Counted from the stretch's first letter, positions 24,557-37,700 are shown. The stretch is 64,000 nt of DNA from Lama guanicoe (GCA_013239625.1 MU056277.1:2024076-2088075), one strand, 5' to 3'. A program made the numbers and translations. The notes: generated from the letters alone by a model not told the origin.

Positions 24557-27500
24557 ACCGCGCACGTGGTGTCAGGACCACCTCTCCGAAGTTACCCCCT
24601 TGCCTCTCTGTAGACCCCCACCCCAGGCAGCGCCCCTTCCCAGCCCTGGTCTCTCAGACTTCCTGCCTGTCCAGCTGGAGACCCTGCCCCCATGGCCCAA
24701 GGGGAGGCCAGAGGGACAGATCACCGTGCCAGCCCTTAAGAGCCACACAGTGTGTGCCTCTCCTGGCAGAGAAGGGAGGGAGCACGATGGAGGATGCGGC
24801 AGAAGCCGTCCCATTCCTGCACAGCTCGGCGGTGACTACAGAGGACACAGCATGGAGCCCCGTCCCTCCATGAGGACATCTGCTTGGAGACCACGGTCCG
24901 TCCAGGCAGAGGCCGCACCACGACCTCCAGGCCAGGGAAGCACAGCCTGGACGTGCCCTCCGACGTGGGGGTCTGAACCCCCTGCTGCTGATCTCCCAGT
25001 ACCCCTGTTTTCTGAACTGGCCGGCAGGCCCCAGTGACCGGCACCACTGACGCTGCTGTCGGAGCCCTGCGCCAGGAAGCTGGCTGATGCATCCGATCCC
25101 GAGCCCGCTTCTCTGGGGGGGCCGGCACTGGTGTGTTTGGGGTGTCTCCTCTCCACCCCCCGCTGCCTCTGTGCGGAGGAGGCCACCGTCCATTAAAGCT
25201 TCTCAGCGCAGGGTCTGAGATACGTCGTCACACCCCCGAGGACCAGCTGGCCGGTTTGCTGTTGCCGGGAACTGCTGGCTTCAGGGCGCTGAGGGGAAGG
25301 GTGGGGTCTGGGTGCCCAGGTAGGCATCTGGCTGTGGTGGTCAGAACCCCTTTCCAGCGTCCCTACCGAGAGTGGCCTCTGGGGGTGGTGCTGTCTCCCC
25401 AGGTCTGTGTCGGGCTCCCTGGGTCTGACCAGGTGGCTGGGAATCCTAAACAGCAGTACCGCGCCCGGGGCCACCCTCACTGACCAGGCCTTGCTCCGAG
25501 CTGTCCGCCTGGTCCCTGCTCTGCAGCAGGTGCCAGCGGCGCTTTCTTTGGGGTGGGAAACCACCGCCAGGCAGCTGCCGTGTGAAGTCCCTGTGCTTTT
25601 CGGTACCTTTATCTCTGTTTCTAGAAATAACCCATTCGACGTAGCCTTAACGGTCCATAAACAAGACATTTCAGTCTGAGATTCAACCTTCAGATAGTAA
25701 AACCGATGCCTTTTTAGGAAAGCGTCACCCAGAAGCTAAGCGTTGTTCCCCTGCTGGGTTCGCCTGCGGGACTCGGGGACGTCGTGAGCAAACACTGAGT
25801 CCTCTTCTGAGATGCTCGATGTTAGGGGTTTGGGGAAGTTCCACTTTCACAGTTGGACTGTATGATGTTTTGCCTGTAAAATACTTATCTGAACTGGGGG
25901 GTGAATTAGCAGTGAGAGCCGTGCACACAGGTAGCTGGCATGAAGGGCGAACACCTACCAAAGACGAGGATGAAGGGCGTGGGCTCCGAGTGGGATGGGG
26001 GCGGGGGCACCTGTCCGTCCAGGGGCCTCCAGCCCACTCCCTGCCCTCTGTCACTCCTGCCCCACTGCCTGTGTGTGGTCCACAACACCCTGCAAGCAGT
26101 GGGGGCATTTTTACAGCCGTTTTTAAGAACCTAATATGGGTATAAATGTAATACCTGTGGGGGCAGATCCTCTGTGTGTTTAGTTAACAAATTCTTTGTA
26201 ATGTATTTTTTTAGAAATCTTAAAACTGCCTTTGCACTGAAGTATTTTCGTAGCTGTTTATACCTCTTTTATTCTTTCATTTGTTACTGCACCATTTCTA
26301 ATTTTTAAAGTATGTTTTTAAAGCTTTTATTTTTTAAGTTGATGAAATTTTGGCCACTTTACATTTGAATTCTGGTGGGAGTTTTGGCTGAATGTCTCAA
26401 TAGCTGGTGAATGTGAATTTTCAGATTTGATTTTATTCTCAACATCTGTTCGTTTTTTGGTGTTTCCAATGGGAATGGGTAGTTAAAAGGCATCTTTAGT
26501 GTATGACAATTTGCTGTGCTTTTTCTTCACAATTCATTGCAGTTGCATCTGCTTTTTGTTCGGGTTTTCATTTCTGTCCTTCAGCCTTAAAGTAGAAGCT
26601 TTTGATGGTTAGGATTGAGATGGTCGCCGTTTACCGCGGGTAGTTCAAGCCTCCTTATGAAGGTCGCTGACCTTTACACGTTCCAAACTGTCTTTTTTAA
26701 ATTGTCTGGGAAATTACTAAGTGACCGCCTGGTCACTGGAAATAAGCGAGGGGCCCCAGATAAACGGTGAGATGGAAGGAGGGAAGGACATTCCAGAGAA
26801 GACTTCACGCGGCCCGCCTCACGGTGGTCAGGCCTTACTTGCCTTAAACCAACCTTAAGCAAGTAACTAACTGATGCACTTCCCTCGGTTTTGGAAATCT
26901 TAGTCTCAGCCGCACGTTAACGAATTCCTGCCGGCGTTTCCCACGTGGGTCCGGACATCCGGGCCCTGACACGCACGCGTCCCCCGGCGCAAGCTGACCC
27001 TCGGCGCGTTGCTTGGCCACGTCGGTCCTGCCCTCAGGCCCGCGGCCCCCGGAGGCCGCGCCCGCGCCTGTGCAGCCTGGGCCTTGGTGCGGCTCCCCCC
27101 TCCCGGAAGTGCATCCGCAGCTGGCAGGAGGGGCCCCGTCAGACCCCCAGTCGGCCCGCAGCTGTGCGCTTGACGCCACGGGTGAACGCAGGCCAGGTGC
27201 CCCGCGAGGGGCCGGGGAGGCCAGCTTCTGCAGCAGCGGGTTCCTGCAAGTGTGGTTTGGCCTGGTGAGGTTTAGCAGCTTTAACTACAGAAATGCCTCA
27301 CCACGCACTGTCGCTGTTCCTAAATTGTTGGGCATCAACCAAAAAGTCAGAGCAACCAGAGGGAAGTTCCCGGCCTTTTTCTTTAAAACCACTAAGTTCA
27401 TCTGTTTTGCACTGATTGTTAATAACCTAATGCAGTCACTTCTGCTTCATCTTAAAATTAATGGTATTTATTTGACGACTCAGTGTAACAGCTTGCTATG

Positions 27501-28250
27501 CATTTCCTTTTAGAAGGTTCCCGTTTGTAACTTTAAAAACAGGAAAAATGTCAGTCGGCAGATGCATTCATTCTTTTGTTTTTCTTTACGTTAGAGGGCA
27601 GGTGAATGGGGGGGACACTCATTCGATGTTGTCTAGAAACAAAGCTTTAATGAAATGTGATGGAGTATTATTAAAGTATGACTCTACTTTTGCAGAAAAA
27701 AATCTAAAGATCAGTTTATATAGCTTTATTTTTCACCTTATCGGAATATACAGAATTTTAATATGCATATGTTGTCTCCGACTTAAAATTATAATGTGTG
27801 TCTGCATTGCTGTTTAAAATGTCCATTCATTATGTAATGTAGTAAAAGAGAATCTCCAGAAATGTATTTAAAACAGATGGTATCTATAGTTGTCACCATA
27901 AATACTGGAATTTACTTTTAAATTATTGAACATAGTAGGTGCGTTTAAGATAATAAGTCAGCCTCCAAACAGTAGTGTTTAACTGATAACAATTCACTAA
28001 CCTGCTTTGAAAAATTAAATTGTGAATTAAACCAAATCTTAATTTCTGTAAAATTTACTTTGTATGCTATTATTTTTAACTTTTATTTCCGTAGGTAAAT
28101 GATGTCTTCATAATATTAATTATAATTGGACTTTTCTGCAGATTATCTAAGCAGGAAACCTGAATCTGCTTGCAATAAAGAAGAGAGGGAAAATGTCTGG
28201 TTTAGTTTCTTTATAAATAAAAAAATAAAAGCAGAAAAGTTGGTCTTAAA
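24557..28250 (+). other. ATP11A: ATP11A terminal exon: short coding tail TAHVVSGPPLRSYPLASL* (24557-24613) if spliced directly from exon 28, then about 3.6 kb of 3'UTR
   Basis: ctgtcctttctgttcccgacag acceptor; similarity to recalled human last-exon start (SEFTPLASL); AT-rich UTR blocks at 26100-26700 and 27300-28250; 3' end approximate. Confidence 0.75.
28174..28229 (+). terminator. ATP11A polyadenylation signal cluster
   Basis: AATAAA at 28174, 28216 and 28224 at the end of the AT-rich UTR; GT-rich tract near 28295. Confidence 0.7.
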
Positions 28251-30119
28251 TTTCTGCTAAGAGAAGCTGCAGGGTAAAAACACTCTCAAACCAAGTGTTT
28301 TTGTTTAGGATGAGGGAGGAGGGCACTGTGGGGCAGCTTCCCTGAGAACGTGTTGGGTGGGGTGGCTCCAGGGTCCCCTGCAACACAGACAGGAGGTGTC
28401 GGATTTCTTAACGCTGTCTGTTCCCTCCAGACTCGCCCCCAGACCCCCACGGCCTCGGGCAGTTACACAGAGCAGAAGGGCCAGTTCTTTGTGCCCACCC
28501 CCCCACCCTGGCCCTGCACCTCTTCTGGTGGCCACCGCCACCCTCTCCAGCTCCTGGCCTCCTCTGAGAACTAACCTCAAAAACACTCCACAAGTCCTGA
28601 CGCCAGGTCCCAGTTCCTGGGATTCTGACTCCAGGGGACCAGGGAGGAGCCCAGCTGGGAACCAGCCTCATTGGGCAGGCTGGGGCTGCCCCTTCAAGGC
28701 TGACTGAGCTCAGCTCCGAACCCTGGGAGGCACCAGCTCCAACTTGGGGCTTTTTCCCGGCCCCCAAGCAAGCACACAGCGAGGGCAGAGTCACTCACCC
28801 TGAGTGGGTGACCTTTGCTGTCGGCAACCAAGTGCCAGCAGCCAGCACAGCTCACAGGCACTCCAGGAAGTGGATGCTGCAGGTGAGTCCGGGTCCCGGG
28901 GCCCTTGTTCGCTTTGTCCAGCGTCCACACCTGCCTCAGGTGACCTGAAGGTGTGTCCTCCCGACAGCAGCTTTCGAAGCCGAGTGAGGCCCCCGGCCCA
29001 AGGCTGGGCAGGGGAACCGCCAGCGTGCTTGCCTGCGCCCATGTGAGCGCCCAGGCCTTTATTCCTCCAGGTCGTACCCTAACTTGATCAACCCTCACAC
29101 CTTATTAAGCTTCCTCTTTCATGGAAAAGTCTTGGGAACACAATTTCTCAATCCCTTTCTTGCGTTAAAGGGGATACCACTGAAGCCACGTAAGCACAGG
29201 AGCTCTCCCAGGGAAGTGTGCGTTTTCACTATTTGGGCAGTGACTGCGGACACCCGGGGACGCGCACGCAGGTAGCAAGTGCCTGCCTCATCCCTGAGAC
29301 ACGTGGACTGGCCCTAGCCCGCCTGACACAGGCCCAGCAGCAAGCAGAGAAGCCCAGCGTGGACACCAAGCCCCAGAGAGCGGGCAGGCGTCCGGCTACA
29401 GCCGGCCCATCCTGCGTCGTCATCTGCTGTTTGACGCCAGGGAAGTTTTCCTGCAACGCCCGGCAGCACCTTATCCAGGGCCCCGCTTCCATCCCTTCAT
29501 GTGCCTGCTGAGCCTTCACCAAGGCGTGGGAACTCAGAAGCCCCTGGAACCCCTGGGGAGGCTGTGCCTCGCACCCGAGGGGCCTGTGGCAACGCTGTCC
29601 CAATGTATTTACCAAACCCTTCGTGAGAAATGGATTCCTGGGTGTACTGCTAACTAAGAAAACGGATTGTCCTTCAAAATTAGTCACACAAAATCATCAC
29701 TTGAAAACAATTCACTCACCAATGCTCTTATTCACTTGGTTTTTACAAGATCCAAAGAGAGGGAAAGAGTTTTAAGATAATTAAGAGTAACATTTCCTTC
29801 GAGACTCAGATCGTTTTAATGCCTCTAGAATTTTAAAAAGACCTACTATAAATAAAGTCTCAAAATATGAGTTAAATATCAGAATAAACATGGTGCTTTA
29901 ATTAGCTAAGATTCTGTTTTGGTTTTGAATATTATGGTTCCGAAATCTTTACAAACTAGTTGAGCAAAAAGTATACATGACGTCAGGGGCAAATGACAGC
30001 TGAAGACACATCATGGCTTCGAATGTATCAAACCTGAAAACGCACTATTCTAGTAGCGCTCACAGGGAGTCTCGCACAGACACGCCGTCCCACTGGGAAG
30101 TAAATCTGTGCCTTTCTGT

Positions 30120-30532
30120 AGCTCACTGTCCTCTGGGGCAATGGTAACAAACCGTCACAGCCCCCCCCCCCCGGCTTAAACACAGGAGCTGATGCTCCCT
30201 CAGCCCCAGAGGTCAGGTGTCCGCAGGCCGGTTCCTCCGAGGCTGTGAGGGAGAGTCTGCTCCGAGCTCTCCCAGCTCCTGGAGCTCCCTGGTTTGTGGC
30301 CGCTTCACCCCATCTCTGTCTCTGTCTCCACATCGTGCTCCCCGGTGCATGTCTGTGACCCAATGCCTCGTTTTATAAGGACACCAGTCAGAGTTAGGGG
30401 CCCACCCAGATGACCTTGCTTTAGCTTAATTGCCTCCGTAAAGACCCTGTTTCCGAATAAGTCACAGTCTGAGGTACTGGAGGTTAGGATCTCAACGTCT
30501 TTTTGGACAGATCACAGTTCAACCCATGGCAG
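30120..30532. mobile_element. MLT1 (ERVL-MaLR) solo LTR
   Basis: gaggctgtgagggagagtctgctcc, ttttataaggacaccagtca, aagaccctgtttcc, ctgaggtactggaggttagga, cagttcaacccat. Confidence 0.85.
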
Positions 30533-31769
30533 TCTGCACGGGGGCGTCCCCTGCGGCATTTAGCCCGGCTGCAAGGCAGGCAGGTGAGCAGAGGCCGGGC
30601 CCTCGGGCGGGTGCGGGAGGGAGCAGCAGAGGCTGGGAGGGTGCTTGAGGGCAGAGCTCAGCTGCCCTCACTCATGTTGCCCCCCGGGACCTCCACGTGG
30701 TCCATCTTGGGGAGCAAGCCTGTGACCGCCATGGGCCAAGCAGGCCCGGGGAGCCCTGCCCACAGAGGGCCAGGCGCTGAGCCGTCTTTTCCCCAGGCCT
30801 CATCTGTGCTCACAGCCGGAGTTGGTACTAGAAATAAGCTTGTCCCTGGTCAGCGCCCAGTGTCCAGCCTGGGGCCTGGGGCCATGTTGCTGCCTGAACT
30901 TCCCCCACACCTGGAAGCCTCAGGGCCCTGCCTGCCTCTGCCGAGCCCAGCAGCTTTCTGGGGGCACCGGGTGGTCAGCCAGGCAGCCTGGGCCAGTGCT
31001 TCCGAGACAGCAGCGGGAGGACCCCCTGGCCTGGGCAGCCAGCAGTGAAGCAATTAAACCTGAGGTGCTTAGTTCACGAGAGCAGGTAAGAGACTGGCAG
31101 GGTCGGGACAAGTTTGCCACTGATTTGGGGCCAGAGAAGAGGCCAAGGTAACCTTGTCCTCCCCGACAGGTTAGTTCTCTGAGATTCTAGGGATGAGGTA
31201 GGCAGTCCCCCCAAGGGATGGGTCCCCAGGCCAGCTACCTGGCCCCCACCACGTCCCAGTTCCTTACCCTGAACCCAGCAGGGCACGGCAGATTCTCAAG
31301 CACCAGGGGGCCCAGGTTAAGGGGGTGGAAGCGGTTCCGTCTCCTCTTTCCCCTGCCTTACCTCCTCGGAGAGCAGGGCACACCCTCCATCTCACGAGTC
31401 ATGGCTTCTTTTAATACAGACTTTCGTGTGAGAGCACCACTTTCTGCAAAGGATCTCATCTCAAATGGCAAAGTTCCCAACTCCCTGAGCGGCCATCTGC
31501 ACAGTGACCCAGCAGGGAACCTCCCCACGCCTTCGGCGGTGGGCGGGGCCCCCAAGCCCGTGCCCTCAGTCTCCCCGCTGCCACACCCACCTCCAGGCCC
31601 ACTGAACACAGTGTGCTGGGACCCGGAGAACATCTGGGCACAGGGAAGCCCTGGCCTGCCCGAGGCAGCCTCCCCCTGGGGCTGACCCTCTGCAGCGAGC
31701 AGAGCCCCCCGCCTCGGTGAACCGTTCTTTATAACTCTGCTCCTCAAGGCACTTTCTAGACCCTTCGTT

Positions 31770-32060
31770 TTTTTTCTTTTCTTCATTTTTTTATTGAAGT
31801 AAACTCAGCTTACAACATTGTGTCAATTTCTGGCATCCAGCACAATGCTTCAGTCGTACCTCTACATTCATGTGTTCCTTTTCATGTTCTTTCTCATTAT
31901 AGGCTACTACAAGGTACTGAATACAGTTCCCTGTGCTGTGCAGCAGGACCTTGTTGTTTATCTGTTTTATGTACAGTAGTGTGTATCTGCAAACCTTGAA
32001 TTCCCCACTTATCCCTTCCCGCCCCCCTCCCCTGGTAACTATAGTTTGTTTCCTACGTTT
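31770..32060 (-). mobile_element. L1 3' end (cetartiodactyl type) with poly-T
   Basis: ttttttattgaagta...tacaacattgtgtcaatttctgg...acagttccctgtgct...ccctggtaactatagtttgtt. Confidence 0.8.
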
Positions 32061-33499
32061 AGAACCCCGTTTTGATGGTAATTTCCGTGAGCCTCCCACG
32101 GCCTTGGGGGCTGGGAAAGCTGCGGAGAGCCAGCACAAAGGACTCATCAGGCCCTAACAGGCCGGCGCCAGCAGGGCGCCCGCAGCACCGCCGGGAACAG
32201 AGCCGGGCTTTTGTGCTGCAGGTTCGTTTTCCCCTGAACGACCTCGACTGGAGACGAGCCCTGACACCTCTGAGCAGCACCGGCACCGAGGGGCTTCGTC
32301 CTCCGCGTGTCATGGTGCCTGTGACCCTGTCCCAAGGCAGAAGCTCTCGTGGGGAAGGAGCTATGTTCCGTGGTTGTTGGTTTGTCCTGGGAGCGGCCCC
32401 CAGCGCTGGTGTGAATGACGGAGAAGGGGCTTCAGGAGCCTAGTTGGGGCAGGTGCACTGCAGTTTGGAGCCCGCGCCACACTGGCCACGGGACCTGAGG
32501 CTGCAGATCGGCTGGTGGGGTCTAGCGGGTCACCGACTACTGCCCCCGGTTCTGCACCAGCGGTGCGGTCTGTTTGTACATCCTGCAGGGAACTCCCCCC
32601 GGACGGGCCCATGGCTGCTTCCCCGGAGACTTGGACTGCTCAGGGGATATTTAATGTGGCCTCTCGGAGGAATCGTGTGAGCGAGGGCCTCTGATGCTCG
32701 GTCAGGACCCCGTGATGGCACCACACTGGTGCCTCTGAGGAGAAGGGGCGCTTGCCTCCAACCCTGGCAGGTTGTCGGGGCATTTCCAGGGAAGCCCCAC
32801 TCCCCCTCCCCGGGCTCAGCCTGTGAAGGACACTGTCTGGCTGAGGGAGTCCCCTTCCTGTCCCCTCAAGCACCCCTCCTCCTTCCCAAGCCAGCCACCC
32901 TTGCTCAGTGAACCTGCTATTCTCCGAGGAGTCCACTCGGAGCCCCGCCCTCACGCCGCACCCCCCACCTGCGGCAGGACAGCCTGGGGTCCAGGAGGCA
33001 CAGAGTCCTGGAGGGAGAGCCTGGCCGCCCCGCCAGCCGCCTGGCGTCTGCCTGGGCTCCAGGGCGCCAGTTCAGTGCTCTCTGATTTACAGCAAGCCCC
33101 CAGGCAAGGCCGCACAGCCGCTGGGGCACACTTGGAGGAATGTCCCACAGAGGTCAGTGCCGCCCTCCCCTCCTGGCCAGTGTGCAGCATCCCTGGGCCG
33201 GAGGGAGGCGGGGTCGGAGGGAGCCTGGTGAGGGCTGTGACCTGCCCCAGAGCTGGCTGCGGGCTTTATGTTTATTACCCTCCTGGCAGAACTCATTTTT
33301 TCGGTTTTACTCGGACTTGCCCCTGTAATCCAGACGTTTCAAAGCCCCAACTAAAATAAAGTTTACACCCAGCTGGGCATTCGGGATGTTTCAGGCCTAA
33401 GCCGCTTGAGGTTTCTGAGTTCTGCTCAGGAACTTGCGTTTCCCCTGGACCTTGGAAGGCACAAGAATGAAAAGGCGGGTCTTCTCCCTTTTCCTGCAA

Positions 33500-34700
33500 A
33501 CGCGGGGGTCACCTCCCGCCGTGCCGCCTCACCTGCACAAAGGGGCGCACGGCTCCAGCCCCGTCCTGCCCTGGGACACGCATCGGGACCACGGGGGTCA
33601 GTTCCAGTCTGGACCCACGTGCTGTGGCACCAGCTCCACGCGCCACCGTCCTCCACCCAGGACTGCCCGCGGGTGTGCGGCCGCCGCACGTGGGGGCAGT
33701 GGTGAGTGGCCAGGTCTCATTAGGGACCATCGCCGGCCACTAGTGACCCCCTCCCCGCTGCCACAGCTTCTCCTGGGCGGTCCTGCGGGCGGGTCTTGGG
33801 CCACTGCGGATCCCAGTGGAGTCCGGGGGCTCCAGAGAGGATGCAGGTGGGACCCCCCAGTTTCACAGGTCAGCCCGAGCGACCCCAGGGACAGGCGACT
33901 GGTCCCTTGCCACGACCCCCGCCGCCCTGCTGCACTCGGCTGACAAGGGGGGCTGCGGAGGGGCTGGGGAGGTGGAGGGGAAGGGGAGGGGGAGGGAAGG
34001 GCGGGGCTCGGGCAGCTCCTCCCCCTCTCGCCCCTGCTCGGACCTTTACCCCNNNNNNNNNNNNNNNNNNNNNNNNNNNNNNNNNNNNNNNNNNNNNNNN
34101 NNNNNNNNNNNNNNNNNNNNNNNNNNNNNNNNNNNNNNNNNNNNNNNNNNNNNNNNNNNNNNNNNNNNNNNNNNNNNNNNNNNNNNNNNNNNNNNNNNNN
34201 NNNNNNNNNNNNNNNNNNNNNNNNNNNNNNNNNNNNNNNNNNNNNNNNNNNNNNNNNNNNNNNNNNNNNNNNNNNNNNNNNNNNNNNNNNNNNNNNNNNN
34301 NNNNNNNNNNNNNNNNNNNNNNNNNNNNNNNNNNNNNNNNNNNNNNNNNNNNNNNNNNNNNNNNNNNNNNNNNNNNNNNNNNNNNNNNNNNNNNNNNNNN
34401 NNNNNNNNNNNNNNNNNNNNNNNNNNNNNNNNNNNNNNNNNNNNNNNNNNNNNNNNNNNNNNNNNNNNNNNNNNNNNNNNNNNNNNNNNNNNNNNNNNNN
34501 NNNNNNNNNNNNNNNNNNNNNNNNNNNNNNNNNNNNNNNNNNNNNNNNNNNNNNNNNNNGGGGACACCGACTCGGAGCGCGGGCTCCGCGTGCACAAACG
34601 CCCCTCCCCATTGTCGCCGGCCGGGGCCCCTCACACCCCACAGGTGTAACCCCCTCCCTGCCGCCTCCTCCAGGGTCTCCTCTGCCCCTCCCAGAGCCAC
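33500..34700. promoter_or_regulatory. CpG island, probable distal MCF2L promoter, interrupted by an assembly gap
   Basis: CpG-dense, GC box GGGGCGGGG near 33998, G-run tract; lies upstream of an MCF2L exon that has a splice acceptor. Confidence 0.55.
34053..34559. other. Assembly gap (507 N) inside a CpG island
   Basis: N run. Confidence 0.99.
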
Positions 34701-37700
34701 ACCCCAAGCTCTCCCGACCCCCGTCGCTGCTGGGACAGGGGCAAGAGCAGGCGTGGGAACAGGTGTGAAGGGGGCGCAGGAGGTGGGTCCCCACCTGACT
34801 CTTCCTTCCCCGGTCGGCAGAGGGAGAGGCCTGGCCGCAGGCTGTTTTGTTTTCCAAGCGGAAAAGTAGACTCTGCAGTTTAAAAATAACGTCCTTCTCT
34901 CTCTCCTTTGCAAAGGCTATTCCTGCCGGTTTTGAAAAGCTTTCCTTGCTCCCCTGTAGCGCCAGGCACTTCCAAAGGAGCCTGGCGGGGGAGGGGCCCC
35001 CACGAGGCTTTTTTCTGGAGTAAGTGCAGGCTCCTAACTTTACAGGAAACTTCCCACCCAGGGCCACGTGGCCCACCGTGCCCCTAACGGCCGGCCGGGG
35101 AAGGGGTTAAGGTGACCCTGAGGCACAGGCAGGATGTGTGGGAATGGCCGTGGGAGGCCCCAGGATGTGTGACCACAGGGAGGGGCAGGGCTGAGCCACA
35201 AAAATAGAAGTCTGTCCCCAGGGGCTGCTGGTGGTGTAGTGTCCTCCGTCCCTCCGGGCCGCCGGGGACCCTGCTTGGCAGGTAGGTGAAGGGGTGCGGG
35301 CCCTGGAGAAGGGGTCCTCCCACTGGGAGGTATTCTGGTATGCAAATTGGATGGAATGGCTGGTCCGGAGCTGCTGTGGGGACCTGGGCTCACAGACAGG
35401 GTTTTCCTGAGTTCTGGGTTCCACGCGGGCTGAGTCAGCAGCAGCAGAGGCCCACCGCCTCTCCTCACTCCTTTAGGGGATGGGAGACAGGCTTGCTCGC
35501 AGGCCTGGGTGGGTGGTGAGGAGGTGCCCTCTGGGGTGAGCCTCAAACCGGGAGGGGTAGGAAGGGAGAGTTCTCCACTCGATTCTGGGACCCTCTCCCC
35601 TAGGAAAGGGGGCACCCTCCCGGGACCTGGCCTGACCATCTGGGCAGGGGCCTGGGGACACTGTGCTGAGAGGAGCCACACCTCTGTGCACCTCCGCTCT
35701 GCATCCTGTGCAGGGGGACACCGTCCCAGCAGCCACACAGCACTGTAGTGAAAGCAAGTGATTCCTGTGCAAGGCTGTGGCAGGTGCAGAGAGCCTCGCA
35801 CCCGAAGCCTCGCTACAACCCTCCGGGGTACTGTTCCCCCAGGGTCGGGGGTGAGATTTCCTCCCCAGAGCCCTGCAGACCAGGAGGGGCCAGCAGTCTA
35901 GCTTGTAAAGAGGGTGGGATTGGTGGGGCTCAGGGCGTGAACATCTGTGTTTGAAGTGCTTGAAATGCAGCTTGGAACCCCGTCTTCCTCTTGAAGTTGA
36001 ACTCATTCATAACCAGTGGTCCAAGATCAGCCTTCTGAGAAGCCCCCTTTCTGAGGACATGAAGACTTTTGCTGAAAAGACTTTCACTGGGTGTCTTGTC
36101 TGGGAAGGCAGCATCTTGGTGAGGGAGTGAAATTACATTCACTTCAAAAGAGGAGCTTTCTGCTGACTGATACTAAGCGCTTTTGTAAAATGGGGGAAAC
36201 CTGAAGCCGGAGTGAGGACACTGGGGTGTCCTCGTGGCGGAATAAACTGTCCTAGAATGTTGTTAGCTCACAGCAGCCGGCCGCCAGTTTAGCTGGTTTG
36301 GCGTTACAAGGCTCCAAGAGCAGAAGTCCCAAGTGTAGCAGCAGCGGTGACAGGAATGGAACCGTCCCCGCAAAGTGCAGCCCTAGTTGCTAAGCTCACT
36401 CATTCCACCCTCCTCTGAGCTCACGAGAGGAAGCTCTCGTCTGACAACAGGTGAGAGGCTCCGGGCTAAGTGCCCGCAGCCCCTTTTTCCCACTCTGTGA
36501 AAACAAACTGTTTAATCATATAAAATAAAGGCCCGATTCTTTAATCAGCTCCTGGGCAGTTTAAACAAAAAAATTAAGCTCGTGGTTTATTTCATAATCC
36601 CCAACTGAATCTTTCCTTTCTCTTGCTAAACAGTCCATTATGGAATTTTTCTTATAATCAGTTCACCCAAAACTCCCAAATCATTTCTCTAGCAGTTACT
36701 GCTCTAAAAACTGGAACTGTACATCCCGTGTCCAGGAAGGGTGTGCAGATGAAAGGCTCCTTGCCTCGTCCAGCGGTGCTCGGTCCTCTTCTCCCCTGGG
36801 GAGGGCGTTTGGAGGGAGGGGGTCCTCACCACAGAGAACCACTGCAGGCTGAGCCCAGCCCTACAGAGAAGGCAGCGGCGGAGCTGTCTGCTGGCGTGGG
36901 GAGGCGGGCTGGACCCACCACCCGTGTGTGGAGTCCTCGTGCTGGCCTAGCTAGTCTGTAGCACATCTACCTGGGGGACAGGTGTGTCACCACGTTTCCT
37001 CCAGGCTTCCCCAAGTAAAACTTTTGGGACTTCCAGCCCACAGTAAGACACTGGACACTCCGTGGGGGCTACTGAGAAACTCTGGGACATCTGGAGCTGG
37101 GTGTCTTAATTTTGTGGTCAGGGCCCCTCCCAAAGACTTCATCCAGAATCACGACAGCCCTGGTCAGCTCCAGAAGCCCCAGGAAACCCAGCCCCCTCCC
37201 CAGACCCTCCCAGCATCTCTCTGGAGCTCAAAAGACCAGTCTCTACCCAGCTCCACGGAGATGAGCGTGGAGCAGCCCGGTGCTGATCCTTGCAGGACGC
37301 CTTCTCAGGTTGGCAGGAGGCCTCTCCTGGAGCCGAGGACATCAGGGCCACTGGGGACAAAGGTGAAGGCAGCCACACCGGGCCTCTTCTCTTCCTTCTG
37401 GAGGTTTGAGATTACGATTGGCCTGTTCGTGTTGGACATTCTCCGAGTAGAATTTGGAAGAAAAGTAGACAAAACAGGGCTTTTGGTTCTGTTTTGTTTT
37501 TAACCAGTGAAATCTTTTCTTCCTCCTTTTAAGTGTGAAAACTTGACTGAAGCCACCAGAAGCCTGTGGCCCCGGGTGTGACTGTGCTCAGGGTGCTCGG
37601 CGTCTTCGCCGCCTGCGTCCATCCATCCGGCCCTGCCTCCGCCGGCCCAGCCTGGGTTTCTCAGGAAGATAAGCAGGACCCACGGAAGAGGGTTGAGGGC

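Noticed and set aside
28590-28700. Possible MER5A fragment
   Set aside because: Similarity too short to call by eye
33598-35076. Long ORFs (492, 357, 347, 277 aa)
   Set aside because: They are long only because they run through 507 N
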